DNA of 64,000 nt, from the NCBI GenBank assembly GCA_963666565.1, contig OY762911.1:3232001-3296000 (forward strand), given 5' to 3'. The first letter of the stretch is position 1. The number at the start of each line of letters is the position of its first letter. The position numbers and the translations under genes were made by a program. A model generated the notes under the pieces. That model did no database searches. It saw only the letters and a program-made list of their open reading frames with translations, and was not told the origin of the DNA. Of this stretch, positions 37,989 through 50,317 are shown piece by piece. Origin of the DNA: Thermoanaerobaculia bacterium (lineage in GTDB: Bacteria > Acidobacteriota > Thermoanaerobaculia > Multivoradales > Multivoraceae).

Positions 37989-40469
37989 ATGAAGGCGGCG
38001 CGCAAAGCCTCGGAGACGTTGCGGAGCCGGTGCGTCAGGCACTGGCGCTGGCTCGTTCCGGTCGCCGCCGCCCCGGTGGCCGGCGTCCTGCTGGGCATCG
38101 GCGTGGCGGCGGCGATCGACCTGCCGCAGGTGGAGAGCGTGGCCGAGCTGACGCCGAGCCAGATTACCCGGCTCAGCGACCGCGACGGCGAGGCGTTCCG
38201 GAGCTACTCCGTCGAGAAGCGCATCCTGCTCGCCGAAGGAGAAGCGCCGGAGACCTTCACCCAGGTCCTGCTCGCCGCCGAGGACCGGAACTTCTACGCC
38301 CACGGCGGCTTCGACATCGTCGGCGTGTTCCGGGCCGTGGTTCAGAACTGGCGCCGGGGGGAGCGCTTCTCGGGCGCCTCGACGATCACCATGCAGGTGG
38401 CGCGGATGCTCTTCCTGGACCGGGCCAAGGTCTGGCGGCGGAAGATCCGGGAGACCCTGCTCGCCGTCGAACTCGAGAAGCGTCTCAGCAAGCAGCAGAT
38501 CCTCACGCTCTACTGCAACCTGACCTACTTCGGCCACGGCAACTACGGCGTGGAGTCCGCGTCCCGCTACTACTTCGGGAAGCCGTCGGCCGAATTGAGT
38601 CACGCCGAGTCCGCGACCCTGGTGGCGATCGTGCCGAGCCCGAGCGTCTGGACGCCCTACCTGCGGCCCGAGATCGTGCGCACCCGCCGCGACGCGATCC
38701 TGCGGATGCTCGGAGAGCGCGGCGTGCTGACGCGGGAAGAGGCGGACGAGGCGGCGGCCGGGCCGCTCGACGTCGTCACGCAGCGGGAACCGGCGCCGGT
38801 GGCCCCCTACTTCGCGGAGAAGGTGCGCGTCGACCTGTACGACGCCTACGGCCGGAAGGGACTCTACGAGCGCGGCCTGCAGGTGCGGACGACTCTCGAC
38901 CGGCGGATGCAGGCCGCGGCCCGGCAGGCGCTGCGCGGCGGGCTGACGAGGATCGACCGGCTGCGCGGCTTTCGCGGTCCGGTCGCCCGGGTGGAGGGCG
39001 ACGACCTGACGGCGCCCGACCTCGCCGAGTCGTTTGGCGGCGTGCTGGCCGAGTGGGTCGGCTTCGAGCCCGAAGCGGGCGCCTGGGCGCCGGGCCTCGT
39101 GCTCGAGAGCGGGCCGGAGACCGCGGAGATCCGGATCGGCGACCACCGCTTCGCGCTGGAACCGGCCGGATACCGGTGGACCCGGAGGAACTCCCCGCCG
39201 TTGCGGCGCGGCGACGTCGCGTGGTTCGAGCTGCGGGCCGGCGAGGACCCGCCGGCGGACGGGGACGAAGCCGGCGCGGCCCGGTTCGCGCTGGAGCTCG
39301 TCCAGGAACCGGCGATCGAGGGCGCGGTCCTGCTGCTCGAGTCGGCGACCGGCGCGGTGCGGGCGATGGTCGGCGGCTGGGACTACGACCGCAGCGAGTT
39401 CAACCGCGCCTTCCAGGCCCGGCGCCAGGTCGGGTCCCTGTTCAAGCCGCTCGTGTTCGGCGCCGCGTTCGAGCACGGATTCACTCCCGCCGACACCCTG
39501 TTCGACGCCCCTGCCGTCTTCGTCGGCACGGACAACCGGCTCGACTACAGTCCGCGCAACTTCTACCGGGAGTACCTGGGCATCCTGACCCTGCGCCGGG
39601 CCCTGGAACGGTCGGTCAACGTCACCTCGGTCAAGCTCCACGACATCGTCGGGGCGGAGCGGGTCGTCGACTTCGCCCACCGCACCGGGGTCCGCTCCCC
39701 GCTCCTGCCCTATCCGAGCCTCGCGCTGGGCGCCGCGGACCTGACCGTGATGGAGGTGGCGACCGCCTACGCCACGATCGCCAACCTGGGGGTCCACGTG
39801 GAACCGTACTTCGTGGACCGCGTCACGACCCGCGACGGCCGCGCACTCGACGCCCACGTGCCGCGGGCGGCGACCGTCGTCACGCCGGAGGTCGCCTACC
39901 TGCTCACCCACGTGCTCGCGGGCGTGGTCCAGCGCGGAACCGCGCAGTCCGCGCGGTCGCTCGGCCTGGCCGCGGTGGCCGGCAAGACCGGCACGACGGA
40001 CGGGTTCACGGACGCCTGGTTCGCCGGGTTCACGCCCAGATACACCCTGGTCGTGTGGGTCGGCTACGACCAGCAGCGGCGCATCGGCCGCAACATGACC
40101 GGCGCCGTGGCGGCGCTGCCGATCTGGAACGAGGTGCTCCGCCTGGGCGTCGAGGACGGCTGGATCGACCCGGCCCTCGCCTTCACGCGGCCCGAGCAGG
40201 TACGGCTCCGGCAGGTCGAGTACCGGTCCGGCCTGCTCCCCGCGCCGCGGCGGTCCGGCCAGCGCGTCATCGAGGAGGCCTTCATCGCCGGCACCGAGCC
40301 GGTGCTCACCTTCGATCCCGAGACCCGGGCCGTCTACGACCTGCCGTGGTACCAGCAGCGGGCGCTCTACGGCGAGCCGAAGGCGGGCGAGAACATGCCG
40401 GAAGACCTGGCCGACTGGCTGCCGGTCATGCAGGGCTGGCAGCGGGGCGACCGGGCCGACGGTTCCTGA
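37989..40469 (+). CDS. class A penicillin-binding protein (PBP1A family)
   Basis: EDRNFYAHGG, GASTITMQ, RKIRE; SLFK, SVN, KTG transpeptidase motifs. Confidence 0.95.
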   Translation: MKAARKASETLRSRCVRHWRWLVPVAAAPVAGVLLGIGVAAAIDLPQVESVAELTPSQITRLSDRDGEAFRSYSVEKRILLAEGEAPETFTQVLLAAEDRNFYAHGGFDIVGVFRAVVQNWRRGERFSGASTITMQVARMLFLDRAKVWRRKIRETLLAVELEKRLSKQQILTLYCNLTYFGHGNYGVESASRYYFGKPSAELSHAESATLVAIVPSPSVWTPYLRPEIVRTRRDAILRMLGERGVLTREEADEAAAGPLDVVTQREPAPVAPYFAEKVRVDLYDAYGRKGLYERGLQVRTTLDRRMQAAARQALRGGLTRIDRLRGFRGPVARVEGDDLTAPDLAESFGGVLAEWVGFEPEAGAWAPGLVLESGPETAEIRIGDHRFALEPAGYRWTRRNSPPLRRGDVAWFELRAGEDPPADGDEAGAARFALELVQEPAIEGAVLLLESATGAVRAMVGGWDYDRSEFNRAFQARRQVGSLFKPLVFGAAFEHGFTPADTLFDAPAVFVGTDNRLDYSPRNFYREYLGILTLRRALERSVNVTSVKLHDIVGAERVVDFAHRTGVRSPLLPYPSLALGAADLTVMEVATAYATIANLGVHVEPYFVDRVTTRDGRALDAHVPRAATVVTPEVAYLLTHVLAGVVQRGTAQSARSLGLAAVAGKTGTTDGFTDAWFAGFTPRYTLVVWVGYDQQRRIGRNMTGAVAALPIWNEVLRLGVEDGWIDPALAFTRPEQVRLRQVEYRSGLLPAPRRSGQRVIEEAFIAGTEPVLTFDPETRAVYDLPWYQQRALYGEPKAGENMPEDLADWLPVMQGWQRGDRADGS

Positions 40470-40551
40470 GCCCGGAGGGCCGGCGCCGGACCGAAGCGCC
40501 GGGCGCCTCGGCTTCCGAGCGACGCCTTCGGTACCATCGCCCGCCGGACCG

Positions 40552-43167
40552 ATGAAACGACCTGGCGCTTCAGACCCGGTTCTTCCGCGTTGGGTGCGCG
40601 TGGCGGCTCCGGCAGCCCGTCTCGGCCGCGCGATTCTGCCCCGGCGACCGCGCCGCGACGCGCCCAACGCAGCGCGCCTCGAAGCGCTCCATCTGACGGC
40701 CCTGTGGAGCATTGCCGTCGCCCACCCGATCTTCGACGTCGTGGGGCGCAGCCCGGAGTTCTTCGTCGCCCATGACGCCGGGGCGGCCGACCTGCTGGCG
40801 CTCGTGGCGTGCCTCTGCTTCGGCATTCCGGCAGGCTGCGTGCTCCTCGTTCATCTCGTTGGCCGTTTCCGCGGCTGGCGCTGGCGCCGACGGGCCGCCG
40901 CGACGGCCATCGGCGGCCTTGCCGGAGCGGTCGCCCTCGCGGCGTTCAAGCCCCTCGGCGGAGAGTCGTACGGCGTGTCCGCCGCCATCTTCCTCGTCAC
41001 GGCCTCCGCCGGCGCCGCCGCGTACCTGCGATTCCCGCCGGTCCGCTCGTTCGCCTCCTTTCTCGCGCCGGCGATCGTGGCCGTACCGGCCGCCTTTCTG
41101 CTGAGTCCCGGCGTCGGCCGCGTCCTGGCGCCCACCGACGAAGTCGGCGCGCTCGACGGCGTGTCGTTCGCCTCCACGCCGCCCGTGGTGGTTGTCGTCT
41201 TCGATCAGTTCCAGCTCGCGGCGTTGCTCGATTCCGCCGGCAACATCGACCGCGCGACCTTTCCGCACTTCGCCGCGCTGGCCGAGGACGCCACCTGGTT
41301 TCGGAACGCCACCGCCGTAGCCGAGATGACGATCCATGCCTTGCCGGCGGTCGTCACCGGGAGGTATCCGGCTCGCGGCCGCCTGCCGGTGGCCGCGGAC
41401 CATCCGGCCAACCTGTTCACGTTGCTGGGAAGCCGGTACCTCCTGCACGTCGAGGAGCCGTTGACCGAGCTGTGCCCGGAGTCGCTGTGCCCCGCTGAAC
41501 GCCCGTGGCTCGGCGGCCGGCTGTCGGGAGTGCTGCGAGACCTGGCGATCGTGTATCCGAGAGTGCTGCTGCCGGAGGCGCTGGTCGCGTTCCTCCCACC
41601 CGTGAACCAGACCTGGAACGACTTCGCCGTGATTGCCGCCGACGAGACGGTGCACGGCCGCTGGCTGACGGCGCGGGCCGAGGACCGCCGGGCGGCAGCC
41701 AACCGTTTCATCGAGTCGATCGCCGCAACCGGGCCGGCGCTGCACTTTCTCCACGTGCTTCTGCCGCACGAGCCCTGGACCTACCTGCCGACGGGGCAGC
41801 AGTTCACGTTTCAACGGCACAGTATCGGCCTGCGGAACGGCAAGTGGGTCGACGACGACTGGGCCGCCGCGCTCAACTACCAGCGCTACCTGCTCCAGGT
41901 GGGCTACGCCGATACCTTGCTCGGCAGGCTGGTTGCGCGCCTGCGCGAGGTCGGCATCTACGACGATGCGTTGATCGTCGTCACTGCCGACCACGGCGCC
42001 AGCATGCGGCCCGGCACGTCGTTTCGACGGCCGAACGAATCCACGTTCGAGGAGATCGCGGCCGTGCCGCTCTTCCTGAAGCGGCCCGGGCAGTCCCGGG
42101 GATCGGTGAGCGATGCCAACGTGGAGGTCGTCGACATCGTCCCGACGGTCGCCGCCGAGCTCGGCGCCGCGCTGCCGTGGACAGCCGACGGCACGAACGC
42201 CCTGGATGCCGCTCGGGCCCCGCGTCCGACGAAGACCATGTTCTACGACAGGGCGACCAAACGCATCGAGACTTCCGCCAATCTTCGTCGGGCCCTGATC
42301 GAGAGCGCCGCGCGGAAGTTCGGTTGGCTCGAAACAGGCAATCCCCTGGACGTTCCAACCCCGGAAGGCCGCTACGGGGATCTGATCGGCCGCGCAGTCG
42401 ATCCGCTGCGCGCCGCGCAGCCGGCGGCTGTCGACGTCATCGTCGATGCCCTGCCGCTGATCCAGGAAGCCGATCCGGATGCCGACTTCGTCCCCGCCCA
42501 CATCACGGGCGCCGTGGTCGGCAGCGGGGACGGTACGCCGGCGCCGGTGCTGGCCATCGCCCTGAACGGCGCCGTGGCCGCGGTGACCCGCCCGTTTCCG
42601 TTTCCGGTGGCGGGTCGTCGCGCCGCGTGGGAGGCGATCGTCGATCCGCGTCGGTTCGTTCCGGGCGCCAACACCCTGGAGGTGTTCGAAGTTCGCGAAC
42701 GGGGCGGCGACGGCGCGGTCGCGCTTGCCGCGGCCCATGGCGCCACGGCCGGCAGTCGCTGGCCGAACCTCGTTCGCGAAGAGCAGATTCAGGCCCTGGG
42801 CGGGCGGACTTCCGGTTTCCACGCCGTCGAGTGGATCGGCGACGCTCCCTTCCGCTGGACCGATGGCGATGCACGGCTGCGCGTGCCGTTCGATCCGCGG
42901 TCGCGGCCGACGGAACTGGTGGTGGAGGTCGTGATGACCGGCGGCGACAAACGGCTCCGGATAGCCGCCGCCGACTGCCTGCTCTTCGACCGGACCATCC
43001 GGGACCGCTGGAAGGCGTCGTTCGATCTCGGAGATTGCGCGCTCCCGCCGCCCAACGTGGAGATCTCGCTGCTTGGCGATGCGCGCGTTCCCGCGTCGGG
43101 CGACAACCGCAGCCTGGGCGTCGCGGTCGGCCGGGTCGAGATGCGCGCAGCGGTTCCCGATCCATAG
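40552..43167 (+). CDS. membrane-anchored sulfatase-like / phosphotransferase (alkaline phosphatase superfamily) protein
   Basis: ~5 TM helices, VVVVVFDQ, Thr at the nucleophile position, LPHEP, TADHG, VPLFLK, VDIVPT. Confidence 0.8.
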   Translation: MKRPGASDPVLPRWVRVAAPAARLGRAILPRRPRRDAPNAARLEALHLTALWSIAVAHPIFDVVGRSPEFFVAHDAGAADLLALVACLCFGIPAGCVLLVHLVGRFRGWRWRRRAAATAIGGLAGAVALAAFKPLGGESYGVSAAIFLVTASAGAAAYLRFPPVRSFASFLAPAIVAVPAAFLLSPGVGRVLAPTDEVGALDGVSFASTPPVVVVVFDQFQLAALLDSAGNIDRATFPHFAALAEDATWFRNATAVAEMTIHALPAVVTGRYPARGRLPVAADHPANLFTLLGSRYLLHVEEPLTELCPESLCPAERPWLGGRLSGVLRDLAIVYPRVLLPEALVAFLPPVNQTWNDFAVIAADETVHGRWLTARAEDRRAAANRFIESIAATGPALHFLHVLLPHEPWTYLPTGQQFTFQRHSIGLRNGKWVDDDWAAALNYQRYLLQVGYADTLLGRLVARLREVGIYDDALIVVTADHGASMRPGTSFRRPNESTFEEIAAVPLFLKRPGQSRGSVSDANVEVVDIVPTVAAELGAALPWTADGTNALDAARAPRPTKTMFYDRATKRIETSANLRRALIESAARKFGWLETGNPLDVPTPEGRYGDLIGRAVDPLRAAQPAAVDVIVDALPLIQEADPDADFVPAHITGAVVGSGDGTPAPVLAIALNGAVAAVTRPFPFPVAGRRAAWEAIVDPRRFVPGANTLEVFEVRERGGDGAVALAAAHGATAGSRWPNLVREEQIQALGGRTSGFHAVEWIGDAPFRWTDGDARLRVPFDPRSRPTELVVEVVMTGGDKRLRIAAADCLLFDRTIRDRWKASFDLGDCALPPPNVEISLLGDARVPASGDNRSLGVAVGRVEMRAAVPDP

Positions 43168-43258
43168 CAGTCGGCCGAGGCCGCGGCCCGAACCTGGCGA
43201 CGCGGGGCGGAAAGCCCCTTGACCCCGGTACGGATGCTCGGCCCGCGAGTACGGCGGG

Positions 43259-44506
43259 TCAGGCCGGGCTGCCGGGCCGCACGCCGATCAGGGCGTAGTC
43301 GCGGTAGCCGAACAGAAAGTCGTCGAGGTCGTCCCGCAGGCGATTCAGCCGGTCCGCGAGTTCCAGGCTCTGGCCGTCCAGTCCGTCGAGCGGGATCTCC
43401 GGCAGGCGCTCCTCCTCCGGGTAGGGCCGGAGGTCGAGCCGTTCGATTCCGGTGAAGCCCGCCTGCTCGTAGGAGGCCGCCAGCGCCTCGGGATGCACCG
43501 GTCTCCGGTGGGTCGGATCGAGCCAGAAGCTGCGCGCCGTGACCGCGACGGAGAGCGGGTTCGGCGTCTCGAGCACGAGAATCCCGCCCGGACGCAGAGC
43601 CGCCCAGGCGAGGCGCACCAGGCGGTCGACGTCCTCCGGCGCCATGTGCTCGATGACGTGGAAGGAGACGATGCCGCCCAGGGACGCCGGCTCGGTCCCG
43701 GCCAGCTCGGCCAGCGCGTCGTTCCGTTCGACGGCAAGGCCCCGCTCCAGGCAGCGGCGCACCATCGCCGAGGACGGGTCGACGCCGCGGCACTCAACGT
43801 CCTCCGCCTGCAGCAAGGCCAGCGCTTCGCCCCGGCCGCAACCCAGGTCGAGGACCGGCGCCGCCTGGCGGAGCCGCGGCAGGTAGACGCGGACGCGCTC
43901 CCGGATGTCCTCCTCGGCGCCACGGAACCGGTGCTCGAAGCCGATGTAGGAGACGTCCGCGTCGGCCTCCCGGAGCGTGGTCTCGCGCTCGCCGGTCCTG
44001 GCCAGGGCCGATCTCAGCAGGCCCGCCAGTTCGTCCGCCTCCCGCCGGTAGCGGTCGAGTTTCCGGTCGACCCGGCCGAACAGGGCGTCGTCGTGACGCA
44101 TGACTTCGTCGAGCCCCTGGCGCAGGAAGTTCTCCAGGTGCCGGGTGCGGTGGTCCAGGTCGCCGATGCGCTGCTCGAACATCCGCTCCACCCGCTCCTG
44201 GTGGTCTCTCCACTCCTGGAGATGGTGTTCGAAGACGTCGAGCAGGATCAGGTTGAAGACGCGCTGCCGTTCCCAGAGGTCGTTCTGCGGCAGCGAGACG
44301 AACGGCCGCAGCAGCCGCTTGAAGACGACAAGGAGACGTCCGGCCAGGCCGCGATGGCTGCGGATGGGGAACGGAACGTCCCGTTCCCAGAGATGGCGCC
44401 AGTCCGCCAGCCTGCGGGTCGGCCGTTCGCCCAGGAAATCGGCGATGTCCGGCGGAGCGCTCGCGCCGGAACTCTCGCTGTCGGCCTTGTGCGGGTCAGG
44501 TTTCAG
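43259..44506 (-). CDS. class I SAM-dependent methyltransferase with N-terminal coiled coil (glycan chain-terminator-like); probable CTG start
   Basis: FEHRFRG, VLDLGCGRGE, HVIEH, ETPNP, DPTH; frame stays open and coding-like ~105 codons upstream of GTG 44191. Confidence 0.85.
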   Translation of the reverse strand: MKPDPHKADSESSGASAPPDIADFLGERPTRRLADWRHLWERDVPFPIRSHRGLAGRLLVVFKRLLRPFVSLPQNDLWERQRVFNLILLDVFEHHLQEWRDHQERVERMFEQRIGDLDHRTRHLENFLRQGLDEVMRHDDALFGRVDRKLDRYRREADELAGLLRSALARTGERETTLREADADVSYIGFEHRFRGAEEDIRERVRVYLPRLRQAAPVLDLGCGRGEALALLQAEDVECRGVDPSSAMVRRCLERGLAVERNDALAELAGTEPASLGGIVSFHVIEHMAPEDVDRLVRLAWAALRPGGILVLETPNPLSVAVTARSFWLDPTHRRPVHPEALAASYEQAGFTGIERLDLRPYPEEERLPEIPLDGLDGQSLELADRLNRLRDDLDDFLFGYRDYALIGVRPGSPA

Positions 44507-44942
44507 GCACGACCTCGATGGCGACTTCGGCGATGACCTCCGTGTGCAGGTCGACGCGCACCAGGTGGTCGCCCACGGTCTTGATGCCGCCGGTGAGATC
44601 GATCGTGCGGCGGTCCACCTGCACGCCGGCGGCGGCGAGCGCCTCGGTGACCTCCGTGGGCGTCACCGAGCCGTAGAGCGTTCCCGTCTCGCTGGCCCGC
44701 TTCGGGATCGTCAGCTTGACCGCGGCGAGTTCCGCCGCCACCTCGGCGGCGGCGGAACGCTCGGCCTCGTGGCGGGCGTCGAACTTCTTCCGCTGGGACT
44801 CGAACCAGAGCCGGTTCGCCTGGGTGGAAGGCGCCGCCAGTTCCCGCGGATAGAGGTAGTTGCGCGCATAGCCGGGCTTCACGTCGACCGCCTCGCCGCG
44901 CGCGCCCAGCCCTCTCATGTCTTGCAGCAGGATGACTTCCAT
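44496..44942 (-). CDS. rplI: 50S ribosomal protein L9
   Basis: MEVILL..LG..G..VDVKPGYARNYL, LYGSVT. Confidence 0.98.
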   Translation of the reverse strand: MEVILLQDMRGLGARGEAVDVKPGYARNYLYPRELAAPSTQANRLWFESQRKKFDARHEAERSAAAEVAAELAAVKLTIPKRASETGTLYGSVTPTEVTEALAAAGVQVDRRTIDLTGGIKTVGDHLVRVDLHTEVIAEVAIEVVPET

Positions 44943-44982
44943 CGCCTCGTTCCTCGCCGTCTCGGTCGCCGCCGCGCGGCGC

Positions 44983-45216
44983 TCAGTCCGTGGTGTAGGG
45001 AATCAGCGCCAGAAAGCGGGCCCGCCGGAGCGCCCGGGCGAGCATGCGCTGGTGGCGCGCCGAGTTGCCCGAGATCCTGCGGGGCAGGATCTTGGCGCGC
45101 TCCGGCACGAAGGACCGCAGCAGGGCCACGTCCTTGTAGTCGATGTACTCGATCCCGTCGGCGGTGAACTTGCACACCTTGCGGCGACGGAAGAAGGTTC
45201 TGCGCTTCTTCGGCAT
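44983..45216 (-). CDS. rpsR: 30S ribosomal protein S18
   Basis: [24 protein letters not shown]. Confidence 0.98.
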   Translation of the reverse strand: MPKKRRTFFRRRKVCKFTADGIEYIDYKDVALLRSFVPERAKILPRRISGNSARHQRMLARALRRARFLALIPYTTD

Positions 45217-45220
45217 ATCT

Positions 45221-45607
45221 CTAGGCCCCTCCCGCCGCCTGGCCCGGCACGTTGCCCATGACCGTCGTCTGGACCGGCGCCTTGCCCTTGCTGGCGGCGC
45301 GCTTCAGGTCGAGGTCGGTCCGCACCGCCAGGTGGCGCAGGATCTTCTCGTTCTGGAGCATCCGCTGCCCGATCTCGGCGAGGCCGTTGTCGCCGCCGTC
45401 GGACTCCAGGTAGTAGATGTGGTAGCGGCCCTCGGTGAACTTCCGGATCGGGTAGGCCAGCCGCCGCTTGCCCCAGGACTCCTCCTGGGCGATCCGCAGC
45501 CTGCCGTCCGCCGTCAGCAGCTTGCCGAAGGCGTCGCTCAACTCCACGGCCTCTTCATCGGTGAGGCGCGGGTCGGCAATGAAGACGAGTTCGTATGTGC
45601 GAGTCAA
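45221..45607 (-). CDS. rpsF: 30S ribosomal protein S6
   Basis: [20 protein letters not shown]. Confidence 0.97.
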   Translation of the reverse strand: MTRTYELVFIADPRLTDEEAVELSDAFGKLLTADGRLRIAQEESWGKRRLAYPIRKFTEGRYHIYYLESDGGDNGLAEIGQRMLQNEKILRHLAVRTDLDLKRAASKGKAPVQTTVMGNVPGQAAGGA

Positions 45608-45761
45608 TCGTTGTTCCTCTTCGTGTGGGCGCCGGATCGCCCGACGATGGGCGTTTCGGCCGCGACGCTGGCGGCGCGTTCCCGCGCCGTCAGGGTGCGC
45701 CGGTCCGCGGACCGGAGCGAATCGGCGGCGGAATCTATCACGGTCGGTCGCCAGCCCTCCG

Positions 45762-47840
<2,079 letters not shown>

Positions 47841-47853
47841 TATCCGTTTCCTC

Positions 47854-48459
47854 TCATCCGTTGTACTCGTTCATCGTGACGTCGACGCCGCGGTCGACCC
47901 AACTCAGGACACAGTCGGCGGCCCGGCGCACCATCCGTTCCGCGGTCTCGACCTCGTCCGCCGCGAAGGGCGCGAGAACGAAGTCCGGGAGTTCTCCCCC
48001 GCGAGCGGCCGCGGCCGCCGACCTCGCCGCCTCGTCGTCCGGCGCGATGCCCAGCCGCAGCCGCGGCACCGCCGTGGTGCGGAGGTTCTCGACGATCGAT
48101 TCCATGCCGCGATGTCCGCCGGGACTCCCCTTGCCGCGAAGCCGGAGCCGCCCCAGGGGCAGATGGACTTCGTCGTAGACGACCAGGATACGTCCGGGAG
48201 CATAGCCATTCCGTTCGGAGAGGCAGCGCGCGCTGTAGCCGCTTCGGTTCATCCAGGTCTGCGGAAGGGCCAGGTCCAGCCGGTCGGTCGAGGCCCAGAG
48301 CGCTCCGCAGACCTCCAGGCGGGGGCGGACGCCCAGGCGCTTCGCCAACTCGCCGACCACCCGGAAACCGAGGTTGTGACGAGTGTCGGCGTAGCGCCCG
48401 CCCGGGTTGCCCAGACCGAGGACCAGGCGCGCCTCCTCGCCCTCGCTACTCGTCTCCAT
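47854..48459 (-). CDS. pth: peptidyl-tRNA hydrolase
   Basis: [29 protein letters not shown]. Confidence 0.96.
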   Translation of the reverse strand: METSSEGEEARLVLGLGNPGGRYADTRHNLGFRVVGELAKRLGVRPRLEVCGALWASTDRLDLALPQTWMNRSGYSARCLSERNGYAPGRILVVYDEVHLPLGRLRLRGKGSPGGHRGMESIVENLRTTAVPRLRLGIAPDDEAARSAAAAARGGELPDFVLAPFAADEVETAERMVRRAADCVLSWVDRGVDVTMNEYNG

Positions 48460-49114
48460 TCGCCGATTCGTCTTCGTCGCCGACCCGTTCGGGCTCCTCG
48501 CCGAAGGCCTCGAGCAGTTCGTCTTCCTCCGATTCCTCGACTTCCTCCTCGGCCAAGCGGGCGGCGGCGACCGACACGATCACCTTCGTCTCGTCCTCGT
48601 TGAGCGTCACCGCGTCGGGAAGCTGCAGCTCCCCCGCTTCGACGTGCTGGCCGATGTGCAGCGGCGAGACGTCGAGTTCGATCGAGACCGGGATGTCGCC
48701 GGGCAGGCAGACGACGGCCACTTCCCGCGAGATGAACTCGAGCAGTCCGCCCTCGTTGCGCACGCCCTCGGGCGTTCCGACGACTTCGACCGGCACCGAG
48801 ACCTGGACCTCCTGGTCCATCTTCACGCGCTGGAAGTCGATGTGGACGAGCGCGCCGGTCAGCGGGTTCCACTGCAGGTCGCGGATCATCGTGTGGCGCG
48901 TCTGCTCCGTGCCTTCGAGCTGGAGCAGGAAGACGGCGTTCTCGCCGCCCTCCCGGATCAGGCTCAGCACGCGCTTGCCGTCGACGCGGATGGCGGCCGC
49001 GTCGGCGCCGCCGCCGTAGACGACCGCGGGAATCTCGCCGGCCGCCCGCAGGCGCCGGTTCGCGTTCTTGCCGGTCTGCTCGCGCAGCCGGACGCTGACG
49101 GTGGGTTCGCTCAC
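48446..49114 (-). CDS. rplY: 50S ribosomal protein L25 / Ctc
   Basis: GKNANRRLR..G.IPAVVYG, HIDF, C-terminal Ctc domain. Confidence 0.97.
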   Translation of the reverse strand: MSEPTVSVRLREQTGKNANRRLRAAGEIPAVVYGGGADAAAIRVDGKRVLSLIREGGENAVFLLQLEGTEQTRHTMIRDLQWNPLTGALVHIDFQRVKMDQEVQVSVPVEVVGTPEGVRNEGGLLEFISREVAVVCLPGDIPVSIELDVSPLHIGQHVEAGELQLPDAVTLNEDETKVIVSVAAARLAEEEVEESEEDELLEAFGEEPERVGDEDESANGDE

Positions 49115-49154
49115 TATCGAACTCCTGGGCTAGAGGGCAAAGGGGACGGACGGC

Positions 49155-50096
49155 TCAGACGAAGAGCGACGTCACGGAGCTGTTGTCGTGGATTCTGCGG
49201 ATGGCCTCCCCGAGCAGGGCGGCGACGCTGTGGGGTCGCAGCCTGGTGCTCCGGGCCAGCTTCTCTTCGAGCGGCGTCGTGTTCGTCACCAGGACGCCCT
49301 CGAGCTTCGACTCCTCGATCCGCTCGATGGCCGAGGCGGAGAGGACGCCGTGGATGCCCGCGGCGAAGATCCTCCGGGCGCCCTGTGCCGCCAGGGACTC
49401 GACCGAGTTGATCAGCGTGCCGGCGGTGTCGATGATGTCGTCGAGAATCAGCACGTCGCGTCCATCGACGTCGCCGATCACGTTCATCACCTCCGCCTGG
49501 TTCGCGGCCACCCGGCGCTTGTCGATGATCGCGAGTTCCGTTTGCAGCCGCTTGGCGATCGCCCGCGCCCGGGCCACCCCGCCGGCGTCCGGCGCGACGA
49601 TCATCAGGTCCTCGATGCCGAGCGCGCGGATGGCGTCCAGCAGGACCGGCGCGGCGAACAGGTGATCGACCGGGATGTCGAAGTAGCCCGAAATCTGCTG
49701 GGCGTGGACGTCCATCGTCAGCAGTCGGTCGGCGCCGGCGGCGGTCATCACGTCCGCCACCAGCTTGGCGGTGATCGGCACGCGGGGCTTGTCCTTCTTG
49801 TCCTGGCGGGCGTAGCCGTAGTACGGCAGGACCGCGGTGACGCGCGCCGCGGACGCCCGCTTCACCGCGTCCAGCATGATCAGCAGTTCGACGAAGTTGT
49901 CGTTGACCGGCGTGCAGGTCGGCTGGACGATGAAGACGTCGGCGCCGCGCACGTTCTCCTGGATCTGGCAGAAGATCTCGCCGTCGGCGAAGTTGTAGGC
50001 GGTCACCTGGCCCGGCGCCATCCCGAGGTAGTTGCAGATCTCGTTCGTCAGCGCGGGGTGGGCGCGGCCGCCGAAGACCTTGAGCTCGGTATACAT
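49155..50096 (-). CDS. prs: ribose-phosphate pyrophosphokinase
   Basis: FADGEI, PYYGYARQDK, PDAGG, DDIIDTAGT. Confidence 0.98.
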   Translation of the reverse strand: MYTELKVFGGRAHPALTNEICNYLGMAPGQVTAYNFADGEIFCQIQENVRGADVFIVQPTCTPVNDNFVELLIMLDAVKRASAARVTAVLPYYGYARQDKKDKPRVPITAKLVADVMTAAGADRLLTMDVHAQQISGYFDIPVDHLFAAPVLLDAIRALGIEDLMIVAPDAGGVARARAIAKRLQTELAIIDKRRVAANQAEVMNVIGDVDGRDVLILDDIIDTAGTLINSVESLAAQGARRIFAAGIHGVLSASAIERIEESKLEGVLVTNTTPLEEKLARSTRLRPHSVAALLGEAIRRIHDNSSVTSLFV

Positions 50097-50166
50097 GGCC
50101 CGTTCGACGTTGTTGGCGTGGACGGTCACTTCGACGAACCCGAGTCAGCGGTCCGGCGCGCGACCG

Positions 50167-50241
50167 TGGTTGGGGCGGGAGGATTCGAACCCCCGAATGC
50201 GAGATCCAAAGTCTCGTGCCTTACCACTTGGCGACGCCCCA
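50167..50241 (-). tRNA. tRNA-Gln(TTG)
   Basis: TGGGGCGTCGCCAAGTGGTAAGGC..CTTTGGA..GGTTCGAATCC..CCA; usual position between ispE and prs. Confidence 0.97.
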
Positions 50242-50317
50242 GACGGGCCGGCGGATTGTACATGAAGCGGCGGCGAGTTTCCGGGCCGGCGGCGAATCGG
50301 GAAAGCGAAGGGGCACT

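Noticed and set aside
48100-48130. Pth GGHRG instead of GGHNG as a sign of inactivation
   Set aside because: Other catalytic residues and synteny are intact; probably ordinary variation.
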